DNA of 64,000 nucleotides from an uncultured Acidobacteriaceae bacterium (GTDB taxonomy: Bacteria > Acidobacteriota > Terriglobia > Terriglobales > Acidobacteriaceae). The position numbers and the translations under genes were made by a program. Numbering within the stretch: position 1 is the stretch's first letter; each line of letters starts with the position of its first letter. The DNA lies in assembly GCA_964245195.1 (NCBI GenBank), contig CAXTLR010000014.1, forward strand, positions 14,283 through 78,282, given 5' to 3'. This document shows, piece after piece, positions 1 to 8,875 of this stretch. A model generated the notes under the pieces. That model was not told where the DNA came from, did no database searches, and saw only the letters and a program-made list of their open reading frames with translations.

Positions 1-232
1 GCACTTCATGGAATGAGTTGATTCTAGCAGCGGGGCGGAAGTCTGATGTGTGGGATAGCTAATTCCTATGCTGGCGGTTGGACCGGGAACGGCGTGCGCA
101 AACGAGATACACTTCGACGCAACACACAAACTTATGCGAGACACTCTCTGTGCGCGGGAGAGCGGAGGCCGAGCCTTCGCTGGCGTGCCGTCGGCGGTGG
201 GTTCGGGTGTGCAAGGTCTCGGAGGATAGGAA

Positions 233-1936
233 ATGCGCAATGGTTTGGCGGTCGCTGGTTTGCTGACAGCAGTGGGACTGAGCGGATGCAAGAACGCGGA
301 GAAGAAGCACACAACAGCGACCAACACGGCGCCGAAGCTGGGCATTCGTCCCTATGGCGATGAGACCGTCAAGATCGACATGAGCAAGGTGCCGGAGCCG
401 GAGAAGAAGGCGTTCGCCTACATCGATGAGCACATCGATGAGCACGTCGAGAATCTGCAGAAGTGGATTGCCCAGCCGAGTATTTCGAACAGCGGCGAAG
501 GCATTCCGGAGTCGGCGGAGATGGTCAAGGGCTTCTTCGACAAGCTGGGCTGCCAGGAGACACGGATCTTCGACGTGGGCGTGACCAAGTGGGGGCAGAA
601 CGGCAACCCGGTGGTGTATGCGAGCTGCAATGAGGGCGCACCTAAGACGCTCTTAATTTACTGGATGTACGACACGATGCCGGTGACGCAGCCGGAGCTT
701 TGGGTGGCTCCGCCGTTTGAGGGGCGGCTGGTCGATGGAGCAACGGCGGGCATCGATCCGGCGTACAAGAAGGTGCTGATCGGGCGCGGCGCGACGAACT
801 CCAAAGGCCCGGAGATGACGGAGTTGAATGCGTTTTCGGCGATCAAGGCGGCCAACGGCAAGCTGCCGGTGAACCTAATCATCGTGGCCGAGGGCGACGA
901 AGAGCGGATGTCGATGGGGTTAAACAAATTTGTAACGACGCATCCGGAGCTCTTGAAAAAGGCCGACGCGATGCTGATGTTTGGCGGGCAGAATGGTGCT
1001 CGTCCGGCATCAGTGACTGGCGCGTCCGAAGGCCTGATGTACATCGAGCTGACGACCAGCGGCAAGGCCTGGGGACGCGGACCGACGGTCTCAGACATCC
1101 ATGGCATCTTCAAGCGGTCGGTCGATAGCCCGGCCTGGCGGCACATTCAGATGCTGGCGACGCTGGTGAAGCCAGATGGCAATACGCCGAACATCGCAGG
1201 CTTCAATGACCACATCAAGCCTATCTCGCCCGATGCCGATGCGCGCATGAAGCAGGCCGCAGCGAAGACGAACCTGAAGAAGATGGCGGACAGCGTAGGC
1301 GTGGCACGCTTCATCTCGGACGATCCGTATACGGTGTTGAAGATGTCGAGCTTTGGTACGGCGTTCAACATCGACGGCATCTGGGGAGGAAACATGTACG
1401 CCGGCGGCTCGGGCGCGATCCTACCCAATAAGATCACGTCCAAGCACAGCATCCGCTACATCCCGGACATGAACAGCGGGGATTTGCTCAAGAAGATCCG
1501 GACGCACCTGGACACGCATGGATACAAAGACGTCGAGGTGAAACTGATTGGCGATCAGCCTTGGTCGACGATGGATTTCGACACCAACGTGGCACGGTCA
1601 GTGGAGCAAATGTTTGACAAGTTTGGCATTCCCTGGAACCCGCCGCTGAGCAAGACGAGCACGATGGATGCGATGGAGACCAATGGCGGCGGGGCCTGGC
1701 CGGGCTATCTGTTCACCAATGGCAAGCAGGGCGATCCTGGAACGGTGCCGCTAGGCCTGCAAATCGCCGGAGGCAGCGCGGGCTATGGCGGCCGGGCGCA
1801 TGCGGCGAATGAGTACTGGGTAATCGAAGGTGCGGGCAAGGTGTACGGCATGGCCGGCGCGGAAAAATCGATTGTGGACGAGCTGTATAACTTCGCAAAC
1901 ATGCCGGCGGCGGCCCCGAAGCCGGCGACCCCCTAA
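233..1936 (+). CDS. M20/M25/M40-family metallopeptidase-like lipoprotein
   Basis: 567-aa ORF with SD GGAGG upstream and a lipobox (VGLSGC). M20 fold landmarks: SISNSGEGI, GRGATNSKGP, EGDEE, DIHG, AHAANEY. Confidence 0.85.
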   Translation: MRNGLAVAGLLTAVGLSGCKNAEKKHTTATNTAPKLGIRPYGDETVKIDMSKVPEPEKKAFAYIDEHIDEHVENLQKWIAQPSISNSGEGIPESAEMVKGFFDKLGCQETRIFDVGVTKWGQNGNPVVYASCNEGAPKTLLIYWMYDTMPVTQPELWVAPPFEGRLVDGATAGIDPAYKKVLIGRGATNSKGPEMTELNAFSAIKAANGKLPVNLIIVAEGDEERMSMGLNKFVTTHPELLKKADAMLMFGGQNGARPASVTGASEGLMYIELTTSGKAWGRGPTVSDIHGIFKRSVDSPAWRHIQMLATLVKPDGNTPNIAGFNDHIKPISPDADARMKQAAAKTNLKKMADSVGVARFISDDPYTVLKMSSFGTAFNIDGIWGGNMYAGGSGAILPNKITSKHSIRYIPDMNSGDLLKKIRTHLDTHGYKDVEVKLIGDQPWSTMDFDTNVARSVEQMFDKFGIPWNPPLSKTSTMDAMETNGGGAWPGYLFTNGKQGDPGTVPLGLQIAGGSAGYGGRAHAANEYWVIEGAGKVYGMAGAEKSIVDELYNFANMPAAAPKPATP

Positions 1937-1944
1937 TCGCAGAA

Positions 1945-1988
1945 GCCACTCGCGCGGACTCTGGTTGCTCGGAGTCGGCGCGAGTGGC
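1945..1988 (+). other. Intergenic stem-loop (11-bp + 5-bp stem, no U tract)
   Basis: GCCACTCGCGC (1945-1955) pairs with GCGCGAGTGGC (1978-1988); inner GACTC pairs with GAGTC. Confidence 0.6.
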
Positions 1989-1999
1989 ATGCTGGGAGG

Positions 2000-2455
2000 A
2001 TGAAGCGGTTCAGTGGATTCGTCGCGGTTGCGGTGTGTGGGTGGGTTCTGGCCTTGGCGGCCCAGGAGCAGGGCGCCTGGAGGGCGGCGAGCAAGACGGC
2101 TCGTGGCGTAACGGGCGACGTGGGCTTTGGCGGCGAGAAAATTTCAATTAACTTCTCAAGCTTTGCGGTGGCACAAATCCGTGAGCTGCAGCCGGCGGAG
2201 ATGGCTGCAGTTTTCTCAATCGACGGTACAGCAGGCGGGACTGGAAACCTGTTCCGGACGAGCATTCCGGCGAACAAAAAGTTTTTGAGCAAAAACACGC
2301 TGTGTGGGTCGGAAGAGACGCAGTGGATCGTAAGCTACGTGGCCGGCAAGCAGCTGCAGCTGGCGTTCTTCTCCGGCGCAGCGATGCCGGTGTTGACGGC
2401 GGAGGCGATGGGGGGTTCAACAAACCTGTGTGGGACGTATACCTACGGGCGGTGA
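2000..2455 (+). CDS. Secreted hypothetical protein
   Basis: 151-aa ORF with SD GGGAGG, an N-terminal signal peptide (MKRFSGFVAVAVCGWVLALAA) and two Cys in the mature part. Confidence 0.75.
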   Translation: MKRFSGFVAVAVCGWVLALAAQEQGAWRAASKTARGVTGDVGFGGEKISINFSSFAVAQIRELQPAEMAAVFSIDGTAGGTGNLFRTSIPANKKFLSKNTLCGSEETQWIVSYVAGKQLQLAFFSGAAMPVLTAEAMGGSTNLCGTYTYGR

Positions 2456-2481
2456 TGCTGATCTGATCAGGCCGCTCGGTC

Positions 2482-3504
2482 CTAGGCTTCTTCGCTACGG
2501 CGTGCGACCTGACCGAGCGAGATACCTTCCACGCGCGCATAGATCAGTCCGGCGGGAATAATGGACAGGGTAAGAATGATCCAGAGCATCAGGCCGGTCG
2601 AGACGGCGAGCTCTTTCGGGATGCCGAAGAGCTCGGTGAGGGCGAAGACGTTGCCGGCCCAGGCTCCGCTGCCGCCCGGAATCGGCAGGGCCGACCCGGC
2701 GATCGAGAAGCCCATCAGCACGATGGTATGGGCGGCGGAAAGGCTGTGCACAGGCGCGGGAAAGGCCTTCGTGACGAGCACATAGCAGACGGCGATGGTG
2801 CCCCAAAGCGCGAGGCTGAGTGCGGAGACTAGGCCGAAGTCGGCGAGGCTGTCAATAACGTTGAGGCCGTCCCGAAAGCTGAGGATTTTTTCGGCGAGAG
2901 CGGCCCCGGCGGGCTTTGAGATCATGCCGATGGTGTGACTGGCGGCGCGGGCCACGGCTGTGCCGGCGAGGCGGATAGCAGCGACAAACACCAGCAGCGC
3001 AAGGGTCAGGCCGCCGATGGTGTACCCGGCGCGATGCAGGTAGGGCAGCGTGCGAAGATTCGGCGAGAGCAAGAGGTTGCCGGTGAAGATGAGGGCGAAG
3101 GCGGCGAGGTCGAAGACACGCTCGACCGTGACGACGGCAACCTGCGAGGGGAAGCTGAGGCCAGTGCGCCGGGCGACGAGCAGGGGCCGAATGAGCTCGC
3201 CGATGCGGCCGAAAAGGGCGAGACCGGTAAAGCCGAGAAACTGCGAGCCGATAAGGCGGTACCACGGCACGGGCTGCAGGCCGGAGGCGCGATAGGCCGG
3301 GCGCAGGAAGATTGACCAGCGCAGAGCGCGGAAGAGGTTGTTCGAGTAGATAACGAGGGTGGCGACGAGCAGCAGGCGGCCGTCGGCGGTGCGGAAGCTG
3401 CGCGCGAAGCCGGCCCAGTCAAAGTGCGTGGTCTGGAGCTTCCAGGCCAGGAAGGCGAGGACCAGCGCGGCAAGCGTCCAGGTGACGATGCGGCGGGCGT
3501 TCAC
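2482..3504 (-). CDS. Lysylphosphatidylglycerol synthase TM domain / UPF0104 membrane protein
   Basis: Multi-TM protein with motifs RALRW, GRIGELIRP, ERVFD and PIPGGSG. Its start overlaps the upstream SLT stop (ATGA). Confidence 0.85.
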   Translation of the reverse strand: MNARRIVTWTLAALVLAFLAWKLQTTHFDWAGFARSFRTADGRLLLVATLVIYSNNLFRALRWSIFLRPAYRASGLQPVPWYRLIGSQFLGFTGLALFGRIGELIRPLLVARRTGLSFPSQVAVVTVERVFDLAAFALIFTGNLLLSPNLRTLPYLHRAGYTIGGLTLALLVFVAAIRLAGTAVARAASHTIGMISKPAGAALAEKILSFRDGLNVIDSLADFGLVSALSLALWGTIAVCYVLVTKAFPAPVHSLSAAHTIVLMGFSIAGSALPIPGGSGAWAGNVFALTELFGIPKELAVSTGLMLWIILTLSIIPAGLIYARVEGISLGQVARRSEEA

Positions 3505-4205
3505 CGGGCGAGCGGTGTAGCGGCGGCGGCGACGAGGGCGGACTTGCGCCGGTTAAACTCGCCGATGACGCGGGCGACGTAGGCACGTGTCTCGCGGAAA
3601 GGCGGGACCCCGTGGAAGCGGTCGACGGCGGCGGGTCCGGCGTTGTAGGCGGCCAGCGCGAGGACGACGTTGTCGTGATAGCGGGTGAGCAGCGCGTCGA
3701 GGTAGCGGGTGCCACCGTCGACGTTCTGGTCGGCGACGAAGGCGTCATGAACGCCTAGGACGGCTGCGGTCGAGGGCATCAACTGCATGAGACCACGGGC
3801 TCCGGTGCGGGAGACGGCGTGGGCGAGACCGCCGCTTTCAGCGTGGACGACGGCGGCAAGGAGTTCGGCGTCGATATTGTGGGCGGAGCCGGCATGGGTC
3901 AGGAGGTCGTGGAGCTCGGACGTAGAGGGTTGCGGGTTGATGGGTTTGGCTGCAGGCGCGGGCGGGTCGGGAACGACCTCGACGCTGAGAATAGTACGAG
4001 CCGGGACGTCGACGTAGTTGTCGCTGCCGATGCTGCTGCGGAGGAAGAGGCGGACAGTGTCGCTTTCCTGCGCCTCGTGGCGGGTGCAGTCAAACTCGGA
4101 ACCATTGCGCAGGGTGATGTGCTCGCCGGCGCGGGCGAGGGGCGCGGCCAGGAGCAGGGCCGAAGCGGCGAGGATTGGGGTGCGCCGGAGGGTGCGGAGA
4201 ATCAT
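3501..4205 (-). CDS. Lytic transglycosylase (SLT domain)
   Basis: Signal peptide plus catalytic motifs AVVHAESGG, GARGLMQLMP, ALAAYNAGP and ETRAYV. Confidence 0.9.
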   Translation of the reverse strand: MILRTLRRTPILAASALLLAAPLARAGEHITLRNGSEFDCTRHEAQESDTVRLFLRSSIGSDNYVDVPARTILSVEVVPDPPAPAAKPINPQPSTSELHDLLTHAGSAHNIDAELLAAVVHAESGGLAHAVSRTGARGLMQLMPSTAAVLGVHDAFVADQNVDGGTRYLDALLTRYHDNVVLALAAYNAGPAAVDRFHGVPPFRETRAYVARVIGEFNRRKSALVAAAATPLAR

Positions 4206-4391
4206 CAGAGTCAGCCTACCAGAGGAGGTTGGACTGTCTATGACGCGGTAGGGTGAGGTGGCGTTCGGGAAGGACCAGCGACCCGGCGCGATCGAGCCCG
4301 CGCATAAAAATTAGATCTAGCCCGAAACTGGCGTGAGCGGCGTTCCGCAGGACATAGGATGGTCGGGATCAGGATAGCTGAGTGTCTGAAT

Positions 4392-4802
4392 TCAGAAGAA
4401 CTTCTTCAAAAAAGAAGTAGTTCGGTCAGAGATGGCAACGACCTTGTTTGTTGCCTGACGATAGAACTTGAAATTGAGCTCTGTCTGCGGCAGCTCATCA
4501 GCCCAGTTTGTGAACGGCTTCAGCTCGCTACGACCAAGAACCCGTTGCGCCCGAACCAAGCTGTTCACCGTAATGCTCACGCGGGGTGCCTCGCGTACAT
4601 TGCGTGAGCTCTTTTCGATAGTTTCCGCCGTTGCCACAATCCCGAACGCGACGAGTCCCTTTCCGCCCTGGTTCTCGCTCGCGAACAGGAAAAGTTCGTC
4701 TCCTGGGCCGATCTGCTTGCCACCGTACATTGTTTTCTGCGCAGGAAAGACCAAGACATTCGGAGTTGGATCGTCGATCGCGGCTTTGATTGCGTAGGAC
4801 AC
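4392..4802 (-). CDS. Hypothetical protein, possibly EVE/PUA-like
   Basis: ORF track gives 4392..4814. GTG at 4802 follows SD GGAGGA. The pattern 'IGPGDELFLFASENQGGKGLVAFGIV' resembles the EVE/PUA core (inference). Confidence 0.65.
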   Translation of the reverse strand: MSYAIKAAIDDPTPNVLVFPAQKTMYGGKQIGPGDELFLFASENQGGKGLVAFGIVATAETIEKSSRNVREAPRVSITVNSLVRAQRVLGRSELKPFTNWADELPQTELNFKFYRQATNKVVAISDRTTSFLKKFF

Positions 4803-4849
4803 GGTCTCCTCCAAAACTTCATAGCAAGCAGGCTAATCTCGATAGGAAT

Positions 4850-5365
4850 CTAGAGCCCTTCTTCTTGCGCCAGCCCCGCGATCACTGCGGCGATCTTATC
4901 CAGTATCTGGTGCCAACCTTCTACTTGACCGCTCGTTACGGCATTCTCCATGGTTTCGTTTCCAGTGAAGGTGAGTTTCGTCTGGCCATTTCCCAGATCC
5001 TCAAAAGTAACCACGTCATACGCATCTTCAATGGCTTCATGTTCTATTCCATAGTGGGCAGGCGCAACCTTGTTTCCGCTGGAGTCGGAGAAGTACATGG
5101 AGGAAACGATCTTCTCGTGGGGAACAATCTCGTGGTACTCACCCCCGTTCCAGAACTCTTGCCCATCGGGCGCTCTCATGCAGCAGAGGAACTTGCCTCC
5201 CACGCGGAAATCCATCCGGCAAACAGGCGCCGTAAAACCCTTCGGCCCCCACCACTGCATCACGTATTTTGGGTCTGTCCAAGCCTTCCAAACCAGTTCG
5301 CGTGGGGCATCGAACACTCTGGTCACAACCATGCGCTCGGTACCGTCAGTCGTGCCTGTTGTCAT
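4850..5365 (-). CDS. SRPBCC (AHA1/START-like) domain protein
   Basis: Motifs TRVFDAPRELVWKAWTDP, WWGP, DFRVGG and GW..ILDK. Confidence 0.9.
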   Translation of the reverse strand: MTTGTTDGTERMVVTRVFDAPRELVWKAWTDPKYVMQWWGPKGFTAPVCRMDFRVGGKFLCCMRAPDGQEFWNGGEYHEIVPHEKIVSSMYFSDSSGNKVAPAHYGIEHEAIEDAYDVVTFEDLGNGQTKLTFTGNETMENAVTSGQVEGWHQILDKIAAVIAGLAQEEGL

Positions 5366-5690
5366 CTTCGGCTTCCTTTCTCATTTGGTTCACAACAACG
5401 TCCAACTTGTCGAACCTCTCTTCCCAGAATTGGCGATAGCTGATCGCCCAATCGCTGACCGTCTTGATTGCCTCTGGCCTCAGCGTGCACACGCTTTCTC
5501 GTCCACGCTTCGTCTTCACCACAATCCGCGCCCGTACCAGAGAAGCAACGTGCTTGGAGATCATCTGCTGCGATAGGGCGAACCGTTCCGTAAATCCATG
5601 TACCGAAACAGGTCCTTGGGAGAGTCGTTCGATCATCGCTCGGCGGGTCGAATCAGAAAGAGCCGCGAAGGTTGTGTCCAGTGCATCCAC
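5346..5690 (-). CDS. ArsR/SmtB-family transcriptional regulator
   Basis: TFAALSDSTRRAMIERL, wHTH ISKHVASL and WAISYRQFWEERFDKL. This is the classic partner of an SRPBCC gene. Confidence 0.9.
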   Translation of the reverse strand: MDALDTTFAALSDSTRRAMIERLSQGPVSVHGFTERFALSQQMISKHVASLVRARIVVKTKRGRESVCTLRPEAIKTVSDWAISYRQFWEERFDKLDVVVNQMRKEAEDDNRHD

Positions 5691-5724
5691 AACCTCATGG
5701 TAGTGGATAAGGCAGAGATGTCAA
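5688..5724 (-). promoter_or_regulatory. Sigma70 promoter of arsR with overlapping imperfect palindrome (putative operator)
   Basis: Minus strand reads TTGACA (5724-5719), 16 bp, TACCAT (5702-5697), then 6 nt to GTG. The palindrome CACAACC-tcat-GGTAGTG spans 5688-5705. Confidence 0.7.
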
Positions 5725-5779
5725 GCTGAGATTGAGCCGCAGCGTGAACCGCGCCTGAAGCACGTCAACCTTGCAGAAG

Positions 5780-6376
5780 CTATTCGTTGTACCCTCTGCC
5801 GGCCAGGATCTGAGCAGTGTACTTTTCTATGCGGGAGATGCGAGTGCTGGGACGCTTGGCCGCGGCGATCTGGAAGATGTAGCCCTTCTGGCGTCCGGGG
5901 GTCAGGGCACGGAAGGCCTGCTGGAACGTAGGCTCACGTTCAAATTTTTGGAGTAGTTCTTCAGGAATCGTCAGCTCTGCAGGAGGCGTGCGTTGGATCC
6001 TGGCGCCAGCGTTTTCCAAGCCGATGGCTTCCCTGATGAGGGACTCTATCGCCGGTCTTAGGCGGTCGATCTCTGCGACATGGCTGAAACGCAACTGACG
6101 GGGTGCCTGCATGTGCTCGCCGATGCGAACGAGCAACCCGTCGGGGTTCTTCAGCAGAGCGCCTTTGAAGAACATCAGGGCCAGGTAGTGATTGAAGCGT
6201 TGAATGAGGACGATGTTTTTGGCGCCAAGAACAAAGCACGGCTTACCCCATTTGATCGTCTCCGTGAGGCCGCAGCTCATTGCAATCTTCCGCAAAGCCT
6301 GGGTTTCTTGCGGGTACTGATGCCGGGGGTGCTCCATGGGGGAATGGCGGATCGTGTTCGTGGTCCTGGTCGGCAT
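5780..6376 (-). CDS. YdeI/OmpD-associated family protein (DUF1801 + OmdA-like)
   Basis: Motifs CGLTETIKWGKPC, LMFFKGALL, IPEEL, FRALTPGRQKGY and TRISRIEK. The start is uncertain (6463, 6376 or 6337). Confidence 0.85.
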   Translation of the reverse strand: MPTRTTNTIRHSPMEHPRHQYPQETQALRKIAMSCGLTETIKWGKPCFVLGAKNIVLIQRFNHYLALMFFKGALLKNPDGLLVRIGEHMQAPRQLRFSHVAEIDRLRPAIESLIREAIGLENAGARIQRTPPAELTIPEELLQKFEREPTFQQAFRALTPGRQKGYIFQIAAAKRPSTRISRIEKYTAQILAGRGYNE

Positions 6377-6467
6377 ACACACCTCGGCAGCGTGGTGGCC
6401 TAAGCAGAGTCGGCCTCCTCGCCAGATTTGTGCACCAGTGTACGGCCTTATTACGCCACACACATCC

Positions 6468-6489
6468 CACCCTTCAACGATGAAGGGTG
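6468..6489. repeat. Perfect 9-bp hairpin, possibly a degenerate REP-like element
   Basis: CACCCTTCA-acga-TGAAGGGTG lies in the intergenic DNA. Confidence 0.45.
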
Positions 6490-6598
6490 TAGACCGTTCG
6501 CTGCGGTCGAGATGACCTCTCTAGGGTGGATCGGCAAAAAAAGAGCAACAGCAAATACGAGGATTCTGCCTTCGCCAGAACGACAGGCGTGCGAGAGT

Positions 6599-7531
6599 TC
6601 AGGCGGTGAGTAGGGTAGGCAATGCGGCGGCGATAGCTTCGGCTACTCCGTCTGCGTGGTGGGGAGCGGTAATGTGCCAGCCGCGGGCGGGGGCTGCGGC
6701 GAGAAGGTCAGCGGGGGCATTGCCCATCAGGACGGGGAAGCCGGCGATGTCGAGCATGGAGACGTCATTCCAGTTGTCGCCGACGGCCATGATCTCCTGG
6801 GCGGAGATGCCCCGGGCGGCAGCCAGATGCAGCAGGGCGACGCCCTTCGAGCAGCCAGCGGGAAGGATGTCGACGATGGAGAGATCGCGGTCGGGGTACT
6901 CGGTGCGGTTGAGGGAGATCTGGCCGCTCTCGCGGGTGTCTCCTACGGCGACGACGCGGGGGTCTGAGAGCATCCAAGATTCGGCGCGGCGCATGCGCTC
7001 GACCGTGCCGCAGAGCATCATCTGGATGGGAGCTTCGGCGCGGAGGGCGTCCTCGATGGGCTGAACGTGGGAGATGAAGGGCATGTTGGTGATCATCCAG
7101 CGATCGATGCTGGCATGGAGCTCGGCGAAATTTTCGACGACGAGGGCGCCGCGGGTGTCTTCGCCCTGGGGGGTGACCTTGTCGAAGGTGATGACGAGGG
7201 CGTTGCGGAACTCGCCGAGATGGCCGCAGAGCCAGAGGGCGGAGTCGAGCGTCATTAAGGTGCGCTCGATGAGCTCCGAACCGAAGGTGCGGACGACGGC
7301 GCCGTTCGAGCTGACGAGGAGCGTGTCGGGGCGGAGGCCCAGGTCGCGGAGGACGGGCAGGGCGTAGGAGTGACGGCGGCCGGTGGCGATGGCGACGGTA
7401 ATCCCGGCCTCCTCGGCGGCGCGCAGGGCGGCGATGTTGCGCTGGCCGACGCGGCCGTCGGAGCCGAGCAGGGTGCCGTCTAGGTCCATGGCGATCATGC
7501 GCGGCTGGCGTGGGAGTGTTGCTGAGGACAT
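6599..7531 (-). CDS. Cof-type HAD-IIB hydrolase
   Basis: DLDGTLL, ATGRR, SNGA, SKG and GDNWNDVSML are HAD motifs I-IV. Confidence 0.92.
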   Translation of the reverse strand: MSSATLPRQPRMIAMDLDGTLLGSDGRVGQRNIAALRAAEEAGITVAIATGRRHSYALPVLRDLGLRPDTLLVSSNGAVVRTFGSELIERTLMTLDSALWLCGHLGEFRNALVITFDKVTPQGEDTRGALVVENFAELHASIDRWMITNMPFISHVQPIEDALRAEAPIQMMLCGTVERMRRAESWMLSDPRVVAVGDTRESGQISLNRTEYPDRDLSIVDILPAGCSKGVALLHLAAARGISAQEIMAVGDNWNDVSMLDIAGFPVLMGNAPADLLAAAPARGWHITAPHHADGVAEAIAAALPTLLTA

Positions 7532-7603
7532 GGGTTGATTTTCTCATCGGGCGTGCGGGCTGGCATGGTTCGAGAGCGCGTCTGGTTTCGATACGATAGA
7601 GGG

Positions 7604-8866
7604 ATGCCCAAGATTGCGTATCTTGAATCCGTTCGCAGCCATAACCACGTTTCCGCCGACACCCCGCAGACGCTCGACCCGGCTACGGCCGAGAGCTTGT
7701 ATGTCCGCTATGACATGGAGGAGCTGAAGCGGACCGCGCACCGGGATGCGCCGGCGAGGTATGCGGCGGAGTCGGCGGCTTCGCTCGGGATGTGGCGCTA
7801 TAAGGATGTGCTGCCGGACGTGACGCCGGTGACGCTCGGCGAGGGTTGGACGCCGATGATCCGCTCGAAGCGGCATGCGGGGCTGTACATCAAGGAAGAG
7901 GGTAATAATCCTACGGGGAGCTTCAAGGCTCGGGGGCTGGCGATGGCGGTGACGATGGCCAGACACTATGGGCTGGAGCACCTGGCGGTGCCTTCGGCGG
8001 GCAACGCGGCGGGGGCGCTGGCGGCGTACTGCGCGGCGGCCGGGATCGCGGCGCACATCTACATGCCGAAGGACGTGCCGTTTGCGAACTATCTCGAGGG
8101 CATAATCTACGGCGCGGATGTGCACATGGTCGATGGGCTGATCTCGGACTGCGCGCGGATGGTGGGCGAGGAGATCAAGGCGCAGAAGGCGAAGGGGACG
8201 CCGGCCAACCAGGTTTGGTTCGATATATCGACGTTGAAGGAGCCGTTCCGGGTGGAGGGCAAGAAGACGATGGGGTACGAGCTCGTCGAGCAGCTGGGCT
8301 GGACGTATCCGGAGGCGGTGTTTTATCCGACCGGCGGCGGGGTGGGGCTGATCGGGATGTGGAAGGCGTTTGACGAGATGGAGGAGCTGGGGTGGGTGGA
8401 AAAGGGCTTAAAGCGGCCGAAGATGTATGCGCTGCAATCGTCGGGGTGCGCGCCGATTGTGCGGGCGTATGACGAGGGTAAGCCGGCCAGCCAGTTCTTT
8501 GAGCAGGCGTCGACCTTTGCCGCAGGGCTGCGGGTGCCGAAGCCGTACGGGGATGCAATCATCCTCGACATTGTGCGGGCGTCGGGCGGCGAGGCGATCG
8601 CTTCGACGGACGAGGAGATCCTGGCGAGCATCCTCGATTACGCGAAGAACGAGGGGCTGTTCTTGAGCCCGGAGGGTGCGGCGGCGACGGCGGCGTATGA
8701 GCGCCTGCTGGTCTCGGGGGAGCTGAAGCCGACGGACAAGGTGGTGCTGTTCAACACGGGTGCGGGGCTGAAGTATACGGACATGACGGCGGAGGCGATG
8801 CACCTGAAGCGGCCGGGCACGCTGCCGACGAGCATGCCGGTGGGTGGGATTATTACGCCGGTGTAG
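7604..8866 (+). CDS. thrC: Threonine synthase (PLP fold II)
   Basis: Motifs TLGEGWTP, NPTGSFKARG (PLP Lys), PSAGNA, EGKKT and PTGGG. The ORF track begins at 7535; the likely start is ATG 7604. Confidence 0.88.
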   Translation: MPKIAYLESVRSHNHVSADTPQTLDPATAESLYVRYDMEELKRTAHRDAPARYAAESAASLGMWRYKDVLPDVTPVTLGEGWTPMIRSKRHAGLYIKEEGNNPTGSFKARGLAMAVTMARHYGLEHLAVPSAGNAAGALAAYCAAAGIAAHIYMPKDVPFANYLEGIIYGADVHMVDGLISDCARMVGEEIKAQKAKGTPANQVWFDISTLKEPFRVEGKKTMGYELVEQLGWTYPEAVFYPTGGGVGLIGMWKAFDEMEELGWVEKGLKRPKMYALQSSGCAPIVRAYDEGKPASQFFEQASTFAAGLRVPKPYGDAIILDIVRASGGEAIASTDEEILASILDYAKNEGLFLSPEGAAATAAYERLLVSGELKPTDKVVLFNTGAGLKYTDMTAEAMHLKRPGTLPTSMPVGGIITPV

Positions 8867-8875
8867 TTCTGCCCG

